DNA of 63,750 nt, counting the filler, from Octopus bimaculoides (Eukaryota), in assembly GCF_001194135.2 (NCBI RefSeq). It is 6 parts of 6 records of this genome, joined end to end, with 100 filler letters (N's around TTAATTAATTAA, not from the genome) between each part and the next. Parts side by side here need not be neighbours in the genome. Positions count along the whole stretch, not along the records: positions 1 to 23,777 come from NC_068997.1; positions 23,878 to 41,795 come from NC_068991.1; 4 more parts are not named here. The stretch is one strand, 5' to 3'. Below the pieces are notes generated by a model. The model saw nothing but the letters and a program-made list of their open reading frames with translations, had not been told where the DNA came from and searched no databases. A program made the position numbers and the translations under genes. Below, piece by piece: positions 13,040-25,964 of this stretch. The first letter of the stretch is position 1. Each line of letters starts with the position of its first letter.

Positions 13040-14190
13040 ATTCTTTTCCTATCTACTTTGATTAGTCCATTAAAGTCCAGTTTTCAATATTGTAGCTGTA
13101 ACTTATAACAGAGACAGCTAGAAGATTGATACCTATTATCTCGTCTTTCGCGTTCAGCCCAGTTTTTAATATTAATCTAACTCGTCCTTTCTTATCTTCT
13201 CTTTCATTTTTGTGCGTCGTATCATATCTAGTTCATTGATTGCTAAGTATTGGTATGCCTGGCTTTGGTCTAATTCTCATATTTCATTTGCTTTATCTAG
13301 CGTCATATTGTTACTCTTAACTATTTTTCCACTTTTCAAGGTTGCTTTAGCACATTATTCTAAACCAAAGTTCATGTTTATTTTTTTGGAAAATTTATGC
13401 ACTGATTGTTGTAATATTTTCAGCTGCTTGTCATTTGCAGTATACAGTTTTAGATCATCTGCATACAAGTGGTGTTTGGTTCTCTTGCCGTAACAGTTGT
13501 ATCCACATCCAGTTCTGTTCAGTATGTCAGATAAAGGTTCAGTACCAAGCTGAAAAGAAGTGAAGGGAATGTGTCTCCCTGGAATATCCCTCTTCTAATG
13601 AGGATCGCTTTGGTTATTATGAGTCCCACTTTTGTCTTGAGCTGTAGCCTTTTTTGCCATTTATTCATGGGATGTTTTATATATTTTATGATTATTGTTG
13701 CTAGTTTGATCATGGCTAGTGTTTGTAGGATTCATGTGTGGAGAAAACTATCAAAAGCCTTTCGCTTTCGATAATCGATCCAAGCCATGCTTAGACTCAT
13801 CTTTTCCCTTCGGCTGTCTTCAGTTATGTCTTTATTAATCAATAGCTGATCTTTACTTGCGGTATCCTTTCTGCTCTTCTGAAAACAACTTATTTTCTTC
13901 CAGATGCCTGCCCATTCTCTGCGATATAATTGCAGTAAAGACATTGTAAATTGTAAAGAGACAAGTTATCGGTGCTGTTCAAGTGGATTTGGGAACTAGG
14001 ATAGTTTTCCCTTCCATGAGCCATTCAGGCGTTATCTATGGCTTTCCTAGTATCTCGTTGAATTTCTCAACCAGCGTTTTATGCATTCCTGTTTTCTTAG
14101 TTTTGCAGTGTCTAGGTGACCTCATCCTTTGTTATAGGAGTCTAGAATTGTTCAGATGACAGTGTTTGTTATTTTGATAGATCGTTTCTG
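13040..14190 (-). mobile_element. R4/Dong-like RT fragment, decayed
   Basis: KDQLLINK...MAWIDYRK(RK)AFDS and IRRGIFQGDTFPSLLF motifs, with multiple stops and frameshifts. Confidence 0.85.
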
Positions 14191-15885
14191 GGGTTGTTCC
14201 TTCACCGACGATATTTCTTTCCAAAATATTTACACTTCTGCTGTCGGTGCTGCATTGATATTTACTTTATCTTTGACAAATTCTTGGTAGAATTCTATTT
14301 TCTCCAGCAACTTCTGTTGTGGCTACATGGAACTGATTGTGTAGTCCTTTCTTGCGTAATTCTTTTTCGTGTCCTTTTTGTATATCTTCCTTTGTTTTCC
14401 CTTTTTTTCTCTACTCTCAATACTTCCTCGTTCCTAACTGTCGCTAGCAAGGTTTCCTTACTTTGGTCTAGGTATTTCATTAACCTCTCGAGTTCGATAC
14501 GCACGCAGTCTTCCACACTTATATCAGTCCCCTTCCTCCATTTGCTCTCTTCATGTATAGGCTATCAGTGTTTGTACGTGGATGATGGACTCCATGCATA
14601 GTTAGGAGCTTTTTTGTCTTCCTGATCATCTCCTTTAGCTCCTCCTCTGTCCACTTCAGGATTCTAGCGCCATGCTGAACTACTGCGACTACGAGCGAGT
14701 TTATTGCCGAACTTATGTTTCTGGTATTCAGCTTTGAAGCCAATATTTTTCTCACTCATTGCAGGTATTCTTCTTTGGCTTTTTCTTCATGTCGTGGTGT
14801 TTGATTCCATCTGACTCAAGTATTCTCAGGTATTTATAGTTGGATTGAGGTTGAATTGTCTTCATCATTTCACCACTTGACAACCATATGCCTTCTGTCC
14901 TGGCAAGCTTTCCTCGTCTCATCACCATCGTAGCACATTTTAAGAGTCCGATTCCATCTTAATATCATTGGAGAAAATCTGCACAGACTGGACTAGGCTA
15001 TCCAGTTTTGCCTCAGTTTTTGTGAATAGCTTCAGGTCGTCCATGAATAGCAAGTGATTTAGTTTTCCCTTACCTTTTTCCAAATCATACCCCAACTTTG
15101 CTTTTACTCAAAGGGATCATCCCATGGAAGATTTCTCTCTTGATTTTCAACTCTTCTAGTACTTGCTTCCCTGCTGTCAATTCCGTTCTCCATTATTTCA
15201 TGCTATTCCATATAAGGTTTCTCATATTCTCTGACGCTCCATACATTTCCATTGTTCATATTATCCAGGAGTGTAGTATCATATCGTATGCTTTGCGATA
15301 GTCAACCCATGCTATGCTCAAGTTTGAATGTCTTGCAGTTCCTGATAATTAGATTATCAATTAAGAGTTTATCCTTCGTTCCCTGCTATTATTTCGGCAC
15401 CCTTTCTGTTCAGTGGGTAGTAGCCCAGTTTTTTCCAAGTATCTGTACAGTTCACTGACCAAAGCACCCGGTATTAGTTTCCACATTGGAAGAAAACATA
15501 TTACTGGTCTAAAGTTGGATGCAGCATTTCCTTTCTCAGGATCCTTGACACATAACAATATCTTCTATTTGTCATCTAGATGGGTACTACGCCTTCCTGC
15601 AAGAACTCATCTAGCTGTTGTGCTAATTCTTTCATGGAGCTCTCTCAGCTTTTTCATCCAATACTCTTGGGCCCCATCCGGTCCTGGGCTCTTCCAATTT
15701 GGGAATTTTTTTAACTGCTTTTCTATCATGTCTGTAGTTATCTTTATGTCTTCTTGGATTTCTATATTTCTTAACCTATCTTGGACTTCATGCAGCCACT
15801 CCGCTTCATCATTATGTTCTACAGGCTGGTTCAAAATCCCTCTCTAGAATGCCTTACCTTCCTCTGCATCTGATATCATTGTTAC
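14190..15885 (-). mobile_element. Second R4/Dong-like RT copy, decayed
   Basis: NWKSPGPDG, SNFRPVICFLPMWKL, AWVDYRKAYD, NHLLFMDDLKLF, YLRILE, ASKLNTRN..AINS and LYMKRANGGRGLISVEDC. Confidence 0.9.
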
Positions 15886-15944
15886 GTGTATTTGCCCTGT
15901 TCCTGAAACAGTTTCTTCTTCTTATTATTATTATTACTATTATT

Positions 15945-16670
15945 ATTGGTTTCAAATTTTGCCACAAGGGTAAAATTTGGAGAGAAGAGGTGAGTTGATT
16001 ACACAGACTTCAGTGTTCAATAGTACTTATTTTATCGACGCCGAAATGATGAAAACCAAAGTCGACCTCGGCGGAATTTGAACTGAGAACCTAGCGACGG
16101 GCGAAATACCGCTAAGCATTTCGTCCAGCGCACTAAAGAAATGCTTAGCGATATATCTTCCGTCGATATGTTCTGAGTTCAAATTCCACCGAGGTCGACT
16201 TTTACCTTTCGTCACTTCGGGGTCGATTTACTCGACTCGTCCTCTCCCGCAAAATTTCAAGCCTTGTGCTTATAGTAGAAAGGATTATTATTTTACGTTC
16301 TGAATTCAAATTCCGCCGACGTTAACATTACATTTCATTGCTTACGTGTCGATAAATTATGTACCACTGTAATACTGGAGTCGATGTAATCGACTAACCT
16401 CTTTCTCCAAATTTCAGGACTTCTACCTTTTGTAGAAAGGATTATTATGAAGGCGGCGAGCTGGCAGAATCGTTAGCAAGCTAGACGAAATGCTTAGCGA
16501 TATTTCACGCGTGGTTACATTTTGGGTTCAAATTCCGGTAAGGTCGACTTTGTCTTTGATCGTTTCGGAGTCGAAAAATTAAGTACCAGTGAAACACTGG
16601 GGTCGATGTGATCGACTATCCACCTCCTCCAAATTTCAGGCCTTGTGCCTATAGTAGAAAGGATTATTAT
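15945..16670. mobile_element. Cluster of about 4 copies of tRNA-derived SINE family A; first copy inverted relative to the others
   Basis: Recurrent core GAGTTCAAATTCC(G/A)CCGAGGTCGACTTT...GGGGTCGAT, also seen at 44090, 47250, 48040-48700 and 49970. Confidence 0.85.
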
Positions 16671-16880
16671 CATTATTTGCGTTGGACGAATTTGAAAATA
16701 GTACATGTTGGACGTATAAATCTACTGCATTGTGTCGGAAATTAAGTACCATACAGTGTGCCAAATGATGATGTTCTGCATTGTGTTATCTAATCTGTAC
16801 TGTACCCTGCGTCAGATAATTATCAAACAACTAACATATATTTTATACTGTATACACAGTCATTCAAATGCATACATTCA

Positions 16881-16929
<49 letters not shown>

Positions 16930-16931
<2 letters not shown>

Positions 16932-17045
16932 GACGGGCTTCTTTCAGTTTCCGTCTACCAAATCCACTCTCAAGCTTTTGGTCGGCCTGAGGCTATAATA
17001 GAAGACATTTGCCCAAGGTACCACGCAGTGGGACTGAACGTGGAA
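16930..17045 (-). mobile_element. SINE family B (GGCTGTGTGGTAAGAAGCTTGCTTCCC head), truncated
   Basis: Homologous to copies at about 20314-20460, 29270-29400, 32500-32620, 33045-33185, 40840-40985, 41255-41410, 44335-44500, 45310-45460, 46965-47065 and 51075-51150. Confidence 0.8.
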
Positions 17046-17440
17046 TCATGTGGAACCATCCTATGGTTGCAGAACTGTTTCAAGAGGGAAACACTATCTT
17101 TCAGGATGATAATGCACCAATTCACACAGCTAAAGTTGTTACTGATTGGCACGAGGAGCATTCTAGTGAAGTTGAACATCTTATCTGGCCACCACAGTCC
17201 CCAGATCTCAATATTATTGAACATTCATGGTGCAGTTTAGAAAAACAAGTAAGGAGTTGATATCCTCCACCATCATTACTACAAGAACTGGAGACTGTTT
17301 TAGCTTAAGAATGGACAAAAATTCAAACTTTGTACGAGCGCATACTTCGTAGAATTCAAGTTGTAATTACTGCCAAGGGCGGTCCTATCCCGTACTAAAA
17401 TAAATTTGTTTGAAATTTTAAGATGTTTCCATTATTTTTC
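17046..17440 (+). mobile_element. Tc1 transposase C-terminal fragment
   Basis: IFQDDNAPIHTAKVV...LIWPPQSPDLNIIEHSW...VVITAKGGPIPY*, with DD34E-type spacing. Confidence 0.9.
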
Positions 17441-17829
17441 ATCCAATTTCGTTAACGCTAGGGACATACATCTCTTATGTTCCAGAGATGGTCATAGATT
17501 CTTCAAATTTTCCATATAATGAGTAATGCTGGTCCTAGGGGATGAAAAAACATTCTCATGGGTAAATAACAAAAAAACAACGATCGTTGCTTCAAGTGAT
17601 ATTACTTTTGATGACGTAGTTATGCTACTTTCACTTCGTCTTCTACTACAGATTTTACAATGTCCATTCACTACAAACCACCGATATTTGTACATTAGCA
17701 CTTCCTTCAGGCAGCCACACAATTTAAATCAACTTTTAATTATTTCGTAAATGCCTCCAGAAATTGAACCATATGATATATATTCTCTGCTTTTACTCAT
17801 ACAAAGTTGTGACAGTTATACAGTTTTTA

Positions 17830-18450
17830 CAATGCCCATTCACTGCCGATACCAGAAGATATTGGGATAACGAAACTCAAGACCAGAGGTCCCACAGACT
17901 GTCCTAGCAGTACACGTACCTGCAACTTTTGCAACCATTAAGACTTGAAAGTCTGAAGAACATCTTGTGGACCGCCGAGCCCATCACGCTGCAACTGTTG
18001 GTGTGTCTTTTCAAAAATGCTTCAGCTACAAGGGCTACCAAGTCAGCTCAACAACGGACTATCCGTTTGGCGCGTCTTGCCAAAAATGCTTCAGCTGCAA
18101 CGACTGCAGACTCTCCACAAGAGCGCACAACCCGAAGGAAGCGCAATGCTGTAATTACTGCTGCTGCAAGGGCTTCACAGTCACCACAACAACGCTCAAC
18201 CCGGAGGGCACGTAATAGTAAAACTGCTGCTGCCGTACATGCGGCAGAGTCACCAGCACGGCGCATCACTCGAAGGAAGCGTAATACTGTCACTACTAAT
18301 GCTGCAGAGGCTGCAGAATCACCAGCATAGCGCAGAAATCGTCAGGCTTTCAAGGGTGCTTTAATGTCCTCTGCAAGGGCTTCAGAAGCGGATGAAGAAA
18401 GGGCAATGCGAATTCAAACCAATGCAAACTTAAAGGAGCACATCAAAGCC
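17830..18450 (+). pseudogene. STPR-like 23-aa repeat ORF remnant, probably the N-terminus of a Helitron Rep/helicase
   Basis: AATTADSPQERTTRRKRNAVITA / AARASQSPQQRSTRRARNSKTAA / AVHAAESPARRITRRKRNTVTTN, with two more decayed units downstream and ETQDQRSHRL upstream. Confidence 0.6.
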
Positions 18451-19629
18451 ATTGGTTAGGCGGTGGGCCTTTTATCATGCATGACTTCCAGTGAAAAAAA
18501 AGCTTCAATGCGGTCAGGTATTACGAGTAACATAACTACATACTACAAAACGCTTCAAGTAAGATATAGGGTTCCTATGTCTACTGCAACTGCGATTGCA
18601 TTTCATGGACTTTCATTAATTACTAACTGCTAAATTTGTTTTCAAAAAACTTTATTCATTACCTAGGTTGCTTAATGCCATATATTAAACTGCTAACAAA
18701 ATTGGTAATTATACATTTTACGACTATCAACTTGAAACGACTTTTAACTGCGGGCTAATTCAAATTAAACTGTCCAAAGGAGTGTGCCATTATAATAAAT
18801 TACACTGTCCAAAGGACGGGAGCGTTTGCTTGTGTCTATCTATGTATTTATATGCATGCATATACATATATACACACGTAAAACACACACATATATATCA
18901 ACCAGCATACACACATAGACACATATACATACTCAAAAATACATAGACACATACCTGTGCATATACATTTATACATATATATCCATACGTATGAACATAA
19001 TACGCATATGCATATATATAGGCAAGCACCTACCTACACAAACGCACACGCCTAACCACAGACACAGACCAAAATACACATATCCATATATTCAAACAAG
19101 CTATACAGCTCAGCCACGTCATAAGTCGATGATTGATACTAACACATCGTTATCAGTAGATTACCCAATCATAATTAAATGTTGACGTGTGAAGGTTATC
19201 TGTTAAGTACGTTACAAATTAGCGGATGTAATTTTAGTATGTTAGATATACTAAATATGCTGAACATAACGTAGTCAGGGGATTGGTTTGGCTTATAACA
19301 TAGTGTTAAAAAAACAATAAGATAACATTAAATATACATACCTTAAATAGGACAGAGAAAATAAATTATAATTACATGACGTATTTTACAGTTACCTCAT
19401 CGTTTACTCAGCCTTTTTTTTATCTCTAGCCCTCTATCTTTATCTTTCTTTTATTTACTCCCTCCTTACCCTTCTCTCACTCTCTCCCACTCTATTAATG
19501 GAGAGGTCGTGGAATGGAGTGACATTGCGTCCTTAAGCAAGGCAATACACTTTATTTCAAATTAGTTCTGCGCATTCAGCTAAAACAAATGAAATGAATA
19601 TCAACAACACACACACACACATATATATG

Positions 19630-19676
<47 letters not shown>

Positions 19677-19679
19677 GAT

Positions 19680-19965
19680 GGATTCTCCCGTCGAAGACGA
19701 GGTATGAATGTTCGACTTTGCCGAACGACCTGCACACGAATGATTTGTTTATAGTGATCAAATGTTCGTGCCGCACATTAGCTCGCTCTCTCCATCAAAT
19801 CGATGTTGTCTAAATAGATCCACACATCAAGTGTCGAAGTGATCACAGAGCAACGTGAGATGAAGGATTTTGCTCAGGAACACAACTGACCACCTGTTCT
19901 GGGAATCGAGATCATGACTGCTAGATCGTGAGTGCAACACCCTGGCCACTAAGCCTTCGCCCTCG
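19680..19965 (-). mobile_element. tRNA-headed SINE family C
   Basis: Head GGCTTAGTGGCCAGGGTGTTGCACTCACGAT...CTCGATTCC with A/B-box-like motifs. Related copies at 52822-53135 (+) and about 29810-30050 (-). Confidence 0.7.
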
Positions 19966-19989
19966 TCTATATGTATGTATGCATGTATT

Positions 19990-20066
<77 letters not shown>

Positions 20067-20459
20067 NNNNNNNNNNNNNNNNNNNNNNNNNNNNNNNNNN
20101 NNNNNNNNNNNNNNNNNNNNNNNNNNNNNNNNNNNNNNNNNNNNNNNNNNNNNNNNNNNNNNNNNNNNNNNNNNNNNNNNNNNNNNNNNNNNNNNNNNNN
20201 NNNNNNNNNNNNNNNNNNNNNNNNNNNNNNNNNNNNNNNNNNNNNNNNNNNNNNNNNNNNNNNNNNNNNCACAAACATATACACACACATACATATATAG
20301 ATATACATATATACGACGAGCTTCTTTCAGTTTCCGTCTACCAAATCCACTCACAAGGCCCGAGACTATAGTAGAAGACACTTGCCCAAGATGCCACGCA
20401 GTGGGAATGAACCCGAAACCATGTGGTTGGTAAGCAAGCTACTTACCACACAGCCGCTC

Positions 20460-21173
20460 CTAGGAAACAAAAAATGGAACAAAAACACAAGAACGTATAA
20501 CAGGTGACAAAAAACATCCGGACAGTAAGACGATACAAAAAAAAGGACAGGAAAAAACAAGGACGGTCATTCGGAGTTTTCTTTCCTCAGTCGAGTTCCA
20601 GATCGTCGTTGCAGTCTCGGCCGGTTACACTCCAAACTGCTCCAATCTGTCCGGCTTCAAGAAAATCTAAGCTAAGAGCACTAGACTCTTTGGAATAAAA
20701 GCAAACTAATGTATACGAAAACAAGGACGAAAAAAAAAACGGAGAATGATACACAATTACAAATACATACAACAGTACATTAACGACAGGTGCCTTTCGA
20801 CTAAGGACAAATTAAATTAAACTGGCGTGTGTGGAAGTGAAGCCTTACAGCAGGGACATAAGAGATAATAATCATGGGAAGGAATATAGATGCTACACGG
20901 ATGGTAGTCAAACTAAGAAAGAAAGCTCAGGCTTGGCGGAACACCGGTCACGTGGAAGGAGAGGAGAGAAATAGAGGCAGTGAGATTGAAGAATTAGGGA
21001 GGGACGAGGAAGAGAGAAAATGAAAGGAGAGGGATAGAGTGAGATAAAAGATGAGGGAAGGTGAGAATTAAGGGAAGACAAAGAAATGTGAGAGAGGGGG
21101 AGCGGAAAAAAGAGAAATGGAGAGAACGCAGAAAGTGTAAAGAGGGATGAGTAGAAGAGTTGTACAGAATTTT

Positions 21174-21258
<85 letters not shown>

Positions 21259-21540
21259 ATATATATATGTAAAGGGAGAATTCACAAACAAAAGCAAAAG
21301 ATGAAGACAGGTGGTGTAGGAAACAATGTATTAGTATAACGCTCGGGAAGTGAAAAAGTCTTTAACGTTTCGAGACTACGCTCTTCCACAGAATGGCATA
21401 CAGAAAGAAACAAGGAGAGAAAAAAAAGCATGTGTAGTGGCTAGCGATCTGATGCATGCACATGTATTACCATCTCTTGAACTATTGTGGTAGTTTTGCT
21501 TTTGTCACAGCCTCGTATTCTTTTAGTATAGTGCGAACCA
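20460..21540 (-). mobile_element. Penelope-like 3' region / pseudo-LTR remnant with a hammerhead-like motif
   Basis: Contains CTGTGGAAGAGCGTAGTCTCGAAACGTTAAAGACTTTTTCACTTCCCGAGCG, shared with 51748-51830, plus a pyrimidine-rich tract. Confidence 0.5.
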
Positions 21541-21559
21541 GGTTTATGTACCTGGTGTT

Positions 21560-22640
21560 CGCTAACATGACAGTGTCATCACTCGCATATTCTGTCGCGT
21601 CCTAGTTCCCAAGATATGTGTCTCAACGCCTTCAATTTTTGTAGCAGCGGCTCTGGAGCCAGGACAAATAAGAGAGACGAAAGGGGACGCCATTAACGGG
21701 CCGAGCACCTGATGATGAGTGGTTCCGATAGGTAACCATTCACCCGAACTACTGAGCAAGAGTCAGTGTACAATGCAGCAATCCAGCCAAGGAAAACGGG
21801 ACCGAAACCAGCCGCCGTAAAAACGGTCTCCAAGTATTGGTAGTGGATCCTATCGAAGGCTTTTGATTAATCCAAACTGATCGGCCACCCATGCCAGCTT
21901 TATTACCCACCCTGACTATGATATATCGCATGAAGTGGCGGTTGTCGTGGATAATTCTTCTTAGCATGGTGCATGTTTGTTCATCAGCAATCAGTTTCTC
22001 GACGACACGCGCTCATCTCTTTGCTATCATTTTGGTCAAAATTTTCGAAATCTAGGCTCAACAGCGTTATGAGCATAAAATTTTGTATTTGATTCCCCTT
22101 GTTAGGGTCCTTTCTTAGCAATTCCACCGTTCGACTCGAAGGAGTAAGAATTACCCAGTTTTGCTGCCAGTTATGGTAGAGGTATGATAAGAAGCCGCCA
22201 AACAAGTATAGCATAGAAAAGTAAATCTTGTAGGGTAGACCATCCATATCAGGCGATTTTCCCTCCGTGCAGTACATTATCGCGTTCCGCATTTTCGTAG
22301 TTACTATTGGCCTTTTGCCGAGAATCATGACATGCCGTCGTGGCATGCACAGAAGTCTATTTTGCGTTCTCGAGTGCCATTCGTCCGAAGTGCTGCTGAA
22401 ATGTCACACACATCTGCTCGGGCTAGAGTACCGTGTACGTATTTTGATCTACCAAAGACCGATTTGTGGTTTATCTGTTACTCTGCGCTTCTTCCACTCT
22501 GGCCCGTCTAGCGGCTTTCGTTCCGTCGTTTCTTGGAGTCCGAGCCTTAGCTCCGAGAATGCATCTTTTGTGCTTAGCATTGAAGAATTATTCCAGGGCC
22601 AGTCTAGATGCAAGCATGTCGGTTGCAATGTATTTCTTGT
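21560..22640 (-). mobile_element. Tx1/L1-clade LINE ORF2 fragment (RT)
   Basis: PEQMCVTFQQHF, GKSPDMDGLPYKIY, ITLLSLDF and IHDNRHFMRYII..VGNKAGMGG, followed by decayed DQ..AFD.VDH, QG.P and YASDD equivalents. Confidence 0.85.
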
Positions 22641-22790
22641 GATACATGTGCCTGGTGTACCTTTATTAGACGAGTAGTCATGATGGGTATACTGGGCTTT
22701 GTATATTTTACCCCAGTGTCACTTTCATGGCATGCCCTGCTCTCTCACTCAATAATGATAATAATGATGATGATGATGATGATGATGATC

Positions 22791-22843
<53 letters not shown>

Positions 22844-22844
22844 T

Positions 22845-23260
22845 AAAGCCAATAAGCCGGGTATAGTTGTCAGAGATCACCAAGAAAAATAATGCTTTCT
22901 AATCGATGTATTACTCCCAACAGATGACAATGTTTCTCTAAAAGAAACGGAGAAACTTTCACAGTACAAAGATCTGGAAATAGAGGTAACTCGAATGTAG
23001 AGCCTAAAAATTAAAACAATTCCTATCATAGTAGGAGCATTAGGTAGGACAAAAAACATTCAGACAAATACAGAACAAAAACACCAGGACATATAAGTCT
23101 ATATAACATACAGAAAATAGCACTACTAGGTACTGCACACATCCTACGTATAACACTTTCAATAAAGTGAAAATAAGAGCACCACAGCAAACACCCAAAT
23201 ACAGTGAATTTAGAGATAATAAGAACAAACCACAGCACATACCCAAGGTTACAGAGCTGC
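22845..23260 (+). mobile_element. R4/Dong-like LINE 3' end (RLE endonuclease plus UTR), 5'-truncated
   Basis: KANKPGIVVRDHQEK*CFLIDVLLPTDDNVSLKETEKLSQYKDLEIEVTRM*SLKIKTIPIIVGALG. Preceded by a (TAA)n array. Confidence 0.85.
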
Positions 23261-23648
23261 GTTGATGAAGGCTCGACTGAAGGTGTCTGTTTTTACTCCT
23301 TTCAGCCTCGTCCGCCGCACAACCTTTCGAGCATAGTCACTAGACAAAGGTACACCGCCTACACCACCTCGTTAAAGGTGGTGTAGGCGGTGGGGTAGCT
23401 TGATCTTTGCCCATTTCAGAAGCGGAGCAGATATCTTACCACAGGCATAAACCATATATTTATGTCTCTTATGAAAAAAATTCAAAATTATAGAAATTTA
23501 AATTTAAAGTATGAACGAGAGCAACCAGCGTCCACACGCTGCTGGAATGACGTCATCAATCTTTAAGTTTCAATTTTATAACAATCGAACCGTGCTCTTC
23601 GTCTTGACTGCTTACCTTTGTGAAGAGTTACGTCAATCCTTTTTAATT

Positions 23649-23712
<64 letters not shown>

Positions 23713-23877
23713 TCCACAATAAGCACAATTTTGGGGCAATCAATTACATCAAACCAGTGCTCGACAGGTACTTATCTNNNNNNNNNNNNNNNNNNNNNNN
23801 NNNNNNNNNNNNNNNNNNNNNTTAATTAATTAANNNNNNNNNNNNNNNNNNNNNNNNNNNNNNNNNNNNNNNNNNNN

Positions 23878-23950
23878 CCTAACCGTAATCCTAAAACTAA
23901 TCCTAACTCTAAAACCCGAACCCTAACCCTAAAACTCTAAAGCTAAAACT
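23878..23950 (-). repeat. Degenerate telomere-like (CCCTAA)n tract
   Basis: cctaaccgtaatcctaaaactaatcctaactctaaaacccgaaccctaaccctaa. Adjacent to a gap. Confidence 0.7.
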
Positions 23951-24404
23951 AGTACAAATGCACGAACGATGTCATAAATAACAGTGACAAACGAAATATA
24001 TACTGCTGATAGTTGTTGTTGACAACGGATAGTTTTTGTTGACAAACAACGGCACTAATTTTATTCAATGGAAAAAATCCCGTAACACCGTTGTTTACAT
24101 TCCACGGCGTAATTGTTTTCACCTCAATAGACGTCAGTGATTGGCTGAAATTACCGAAATACGACAATTTTTTACATGAAATAACTTCGAATACAAAACT
24201 TTTTATCTGTTCTATAACACAAAATATACAAGTATTCGAAGTTTGAAAGTGTTTTGGTACCAAAAACACTACAAAAAAATGTTACCCGTCAAATCCTAAA
24301 GATCCGATTTGGCTATTCTTTGTAGCAGGTCGAACATTCTTTTAGAACAAGGGTCTTCAACCATTAAGTCATTGACCAGTACCGGGTCGCACAGAATCTT
24401 ATCT

Positions 24405-24840
24405 TTTACTTTTTCAGTCATTAGACTGCGGCCATGCTGGGGCACCGCCTTGAAGAATTTTTAGTCGAATGAATGGACATTACTTTTTCTTTTTAAGCCT
24501 GGTTCTTATTCTGTTGATAACTTTTGCCGAACCGCTAGATTACGGGGGATGTAAACACACCAATACTGGTTCTCAAGTGGCGGTGAGAGACAGACATTAA
24601 GACTCATACATACACACACACACACACACATGTGGGTGGGTGTAACGGGTTTGTCCTTCCCCCATACACACCATCGCTTGATAACCGGTGTAGGTGTGTT
24701 TGCGTCCCCGTAAATTAGTGGTTCGGCAAAAGAGGTCGTTAGAATAAGTACTGGAGTCGATTCGTTCGACTAAAGATTCAAGGTGGTACCCCAGCATGGT
24801 CGCAGTCTAACGACTGAAACGAGTAAAAGACAAAAGATAT
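24405..24840. mobile_element. Two opposed copies of abundant repeat family D (CAGTCA..TGACTGCGGCCATGCTGG...TTTGCCGAACCGCTAAGTTACGGGGACGTAAAC)
   Basis: The same family occurs at about 28540-28730, 32270-32460, 32790-32970, 41040-41240, 45060-45230, 45470-45680, 55960-56175 and 63000-63200. Confidence 0.8.
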
Positions 24841-25964
24841 TAGGCACTTTGTCTTTTGTTATGCGTGTGTGAAAAAAATTGTCTTGCATGGACCGCTATT
24901 TTAGAGATAGTTTGCTCACCTTTCGACCGCAATAGGTCTTGTTAGGATTATAGCTGAAAGATAAAGATTATCAAGGGTTTCCTTATAAGTCTTTTTTTTT
25001 TTTTTAGCACCAGGTCAAACTTATGATCAGAAAACTTTTCATCCGTGATCATCATGTCTTTTTTTAAAGATCTGTAGAACTATATTCTCTAACGTGTCTG
25101 TACGGTTAATATGTAGTTAAACTCCCTGGACCAAAAAATAAAATAATAAATATAGGTGTAAAAAAAAAGTGTAGAAAACGAATATGAAAACAAAAATTTG
25201 CGCAAACGAATGACGTGGGGTGTGGCGAGAAGACTTTCAGAAAATTCACACAACCCGATTTTTCCCACATAACTTTCAGGAAAATGGATATATATAAATG
25301 AAATTTTATAGAAATACTGTTCAAATGGCATAACCATCTGTTATTAACTGTGTGTACACTATGTTCGAGAATAAAACATACCGTGTAGACTTAATGTTTA
25401 TATTTGTTGTAACAAACAGTAATCGCCACAAGAAATCCAGATTATCTAGTGGAAGGGAATCCAAGCGATTGTAATATTTATGCTTTGGTACTGTTCATTT
25501 ATCTTAGTCCCTAATTGAATTGATATCGTTGTCAATTTATTGCTGCTGCATGGGACCCTGTGGGGCTTTTTAAAAATTTTTTTGTTTAGCCCTAGGACTC
25601 ATAAGGTCGATTACTCAGTTTCCATGGCCTATAAGTGACCGACATCATAATATTCCCCTCGAACGAGACGCTGGTCCCTTGCAGTGTTCAAGGTCAGTTT
25701 TCAGAGGAAGGGACAAGTCGATTACATTGTCTCTAGTAATTGACTGGTATTTTATTTTATCGACTTTGAAGGAATGAAAGGCAAAGTTAACCTCTCAGAA
25801 CGTTAAAAACCAGAACAGCCGCTAAGCATTTTGACAGACGTATTGACGAATCTGCCAGCATGCCGCTTGTAAGACATCATTACCATGTGTAAATGTCCTA
25901 TCAATATTAGAAGATAAAGGGTGAAAACAAAGCACGAATAACTCATTTCTATCATCAATAAATA

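Noticed and set aside
19860-19965. tRNA-like heads here and at about 52822-52890
   Set aside because: These are SINE heads that continue into repeat bodies, not tRNA genes.
23822-23833. TTAATTAATTAA islands inside N gaps (also 41840, 49881, 56290 and 62695)
   Set aside because: An identical palindromic 12-mer with stops in all six frames, always centred in an N run. This is a scaffolding spacer, not biology.
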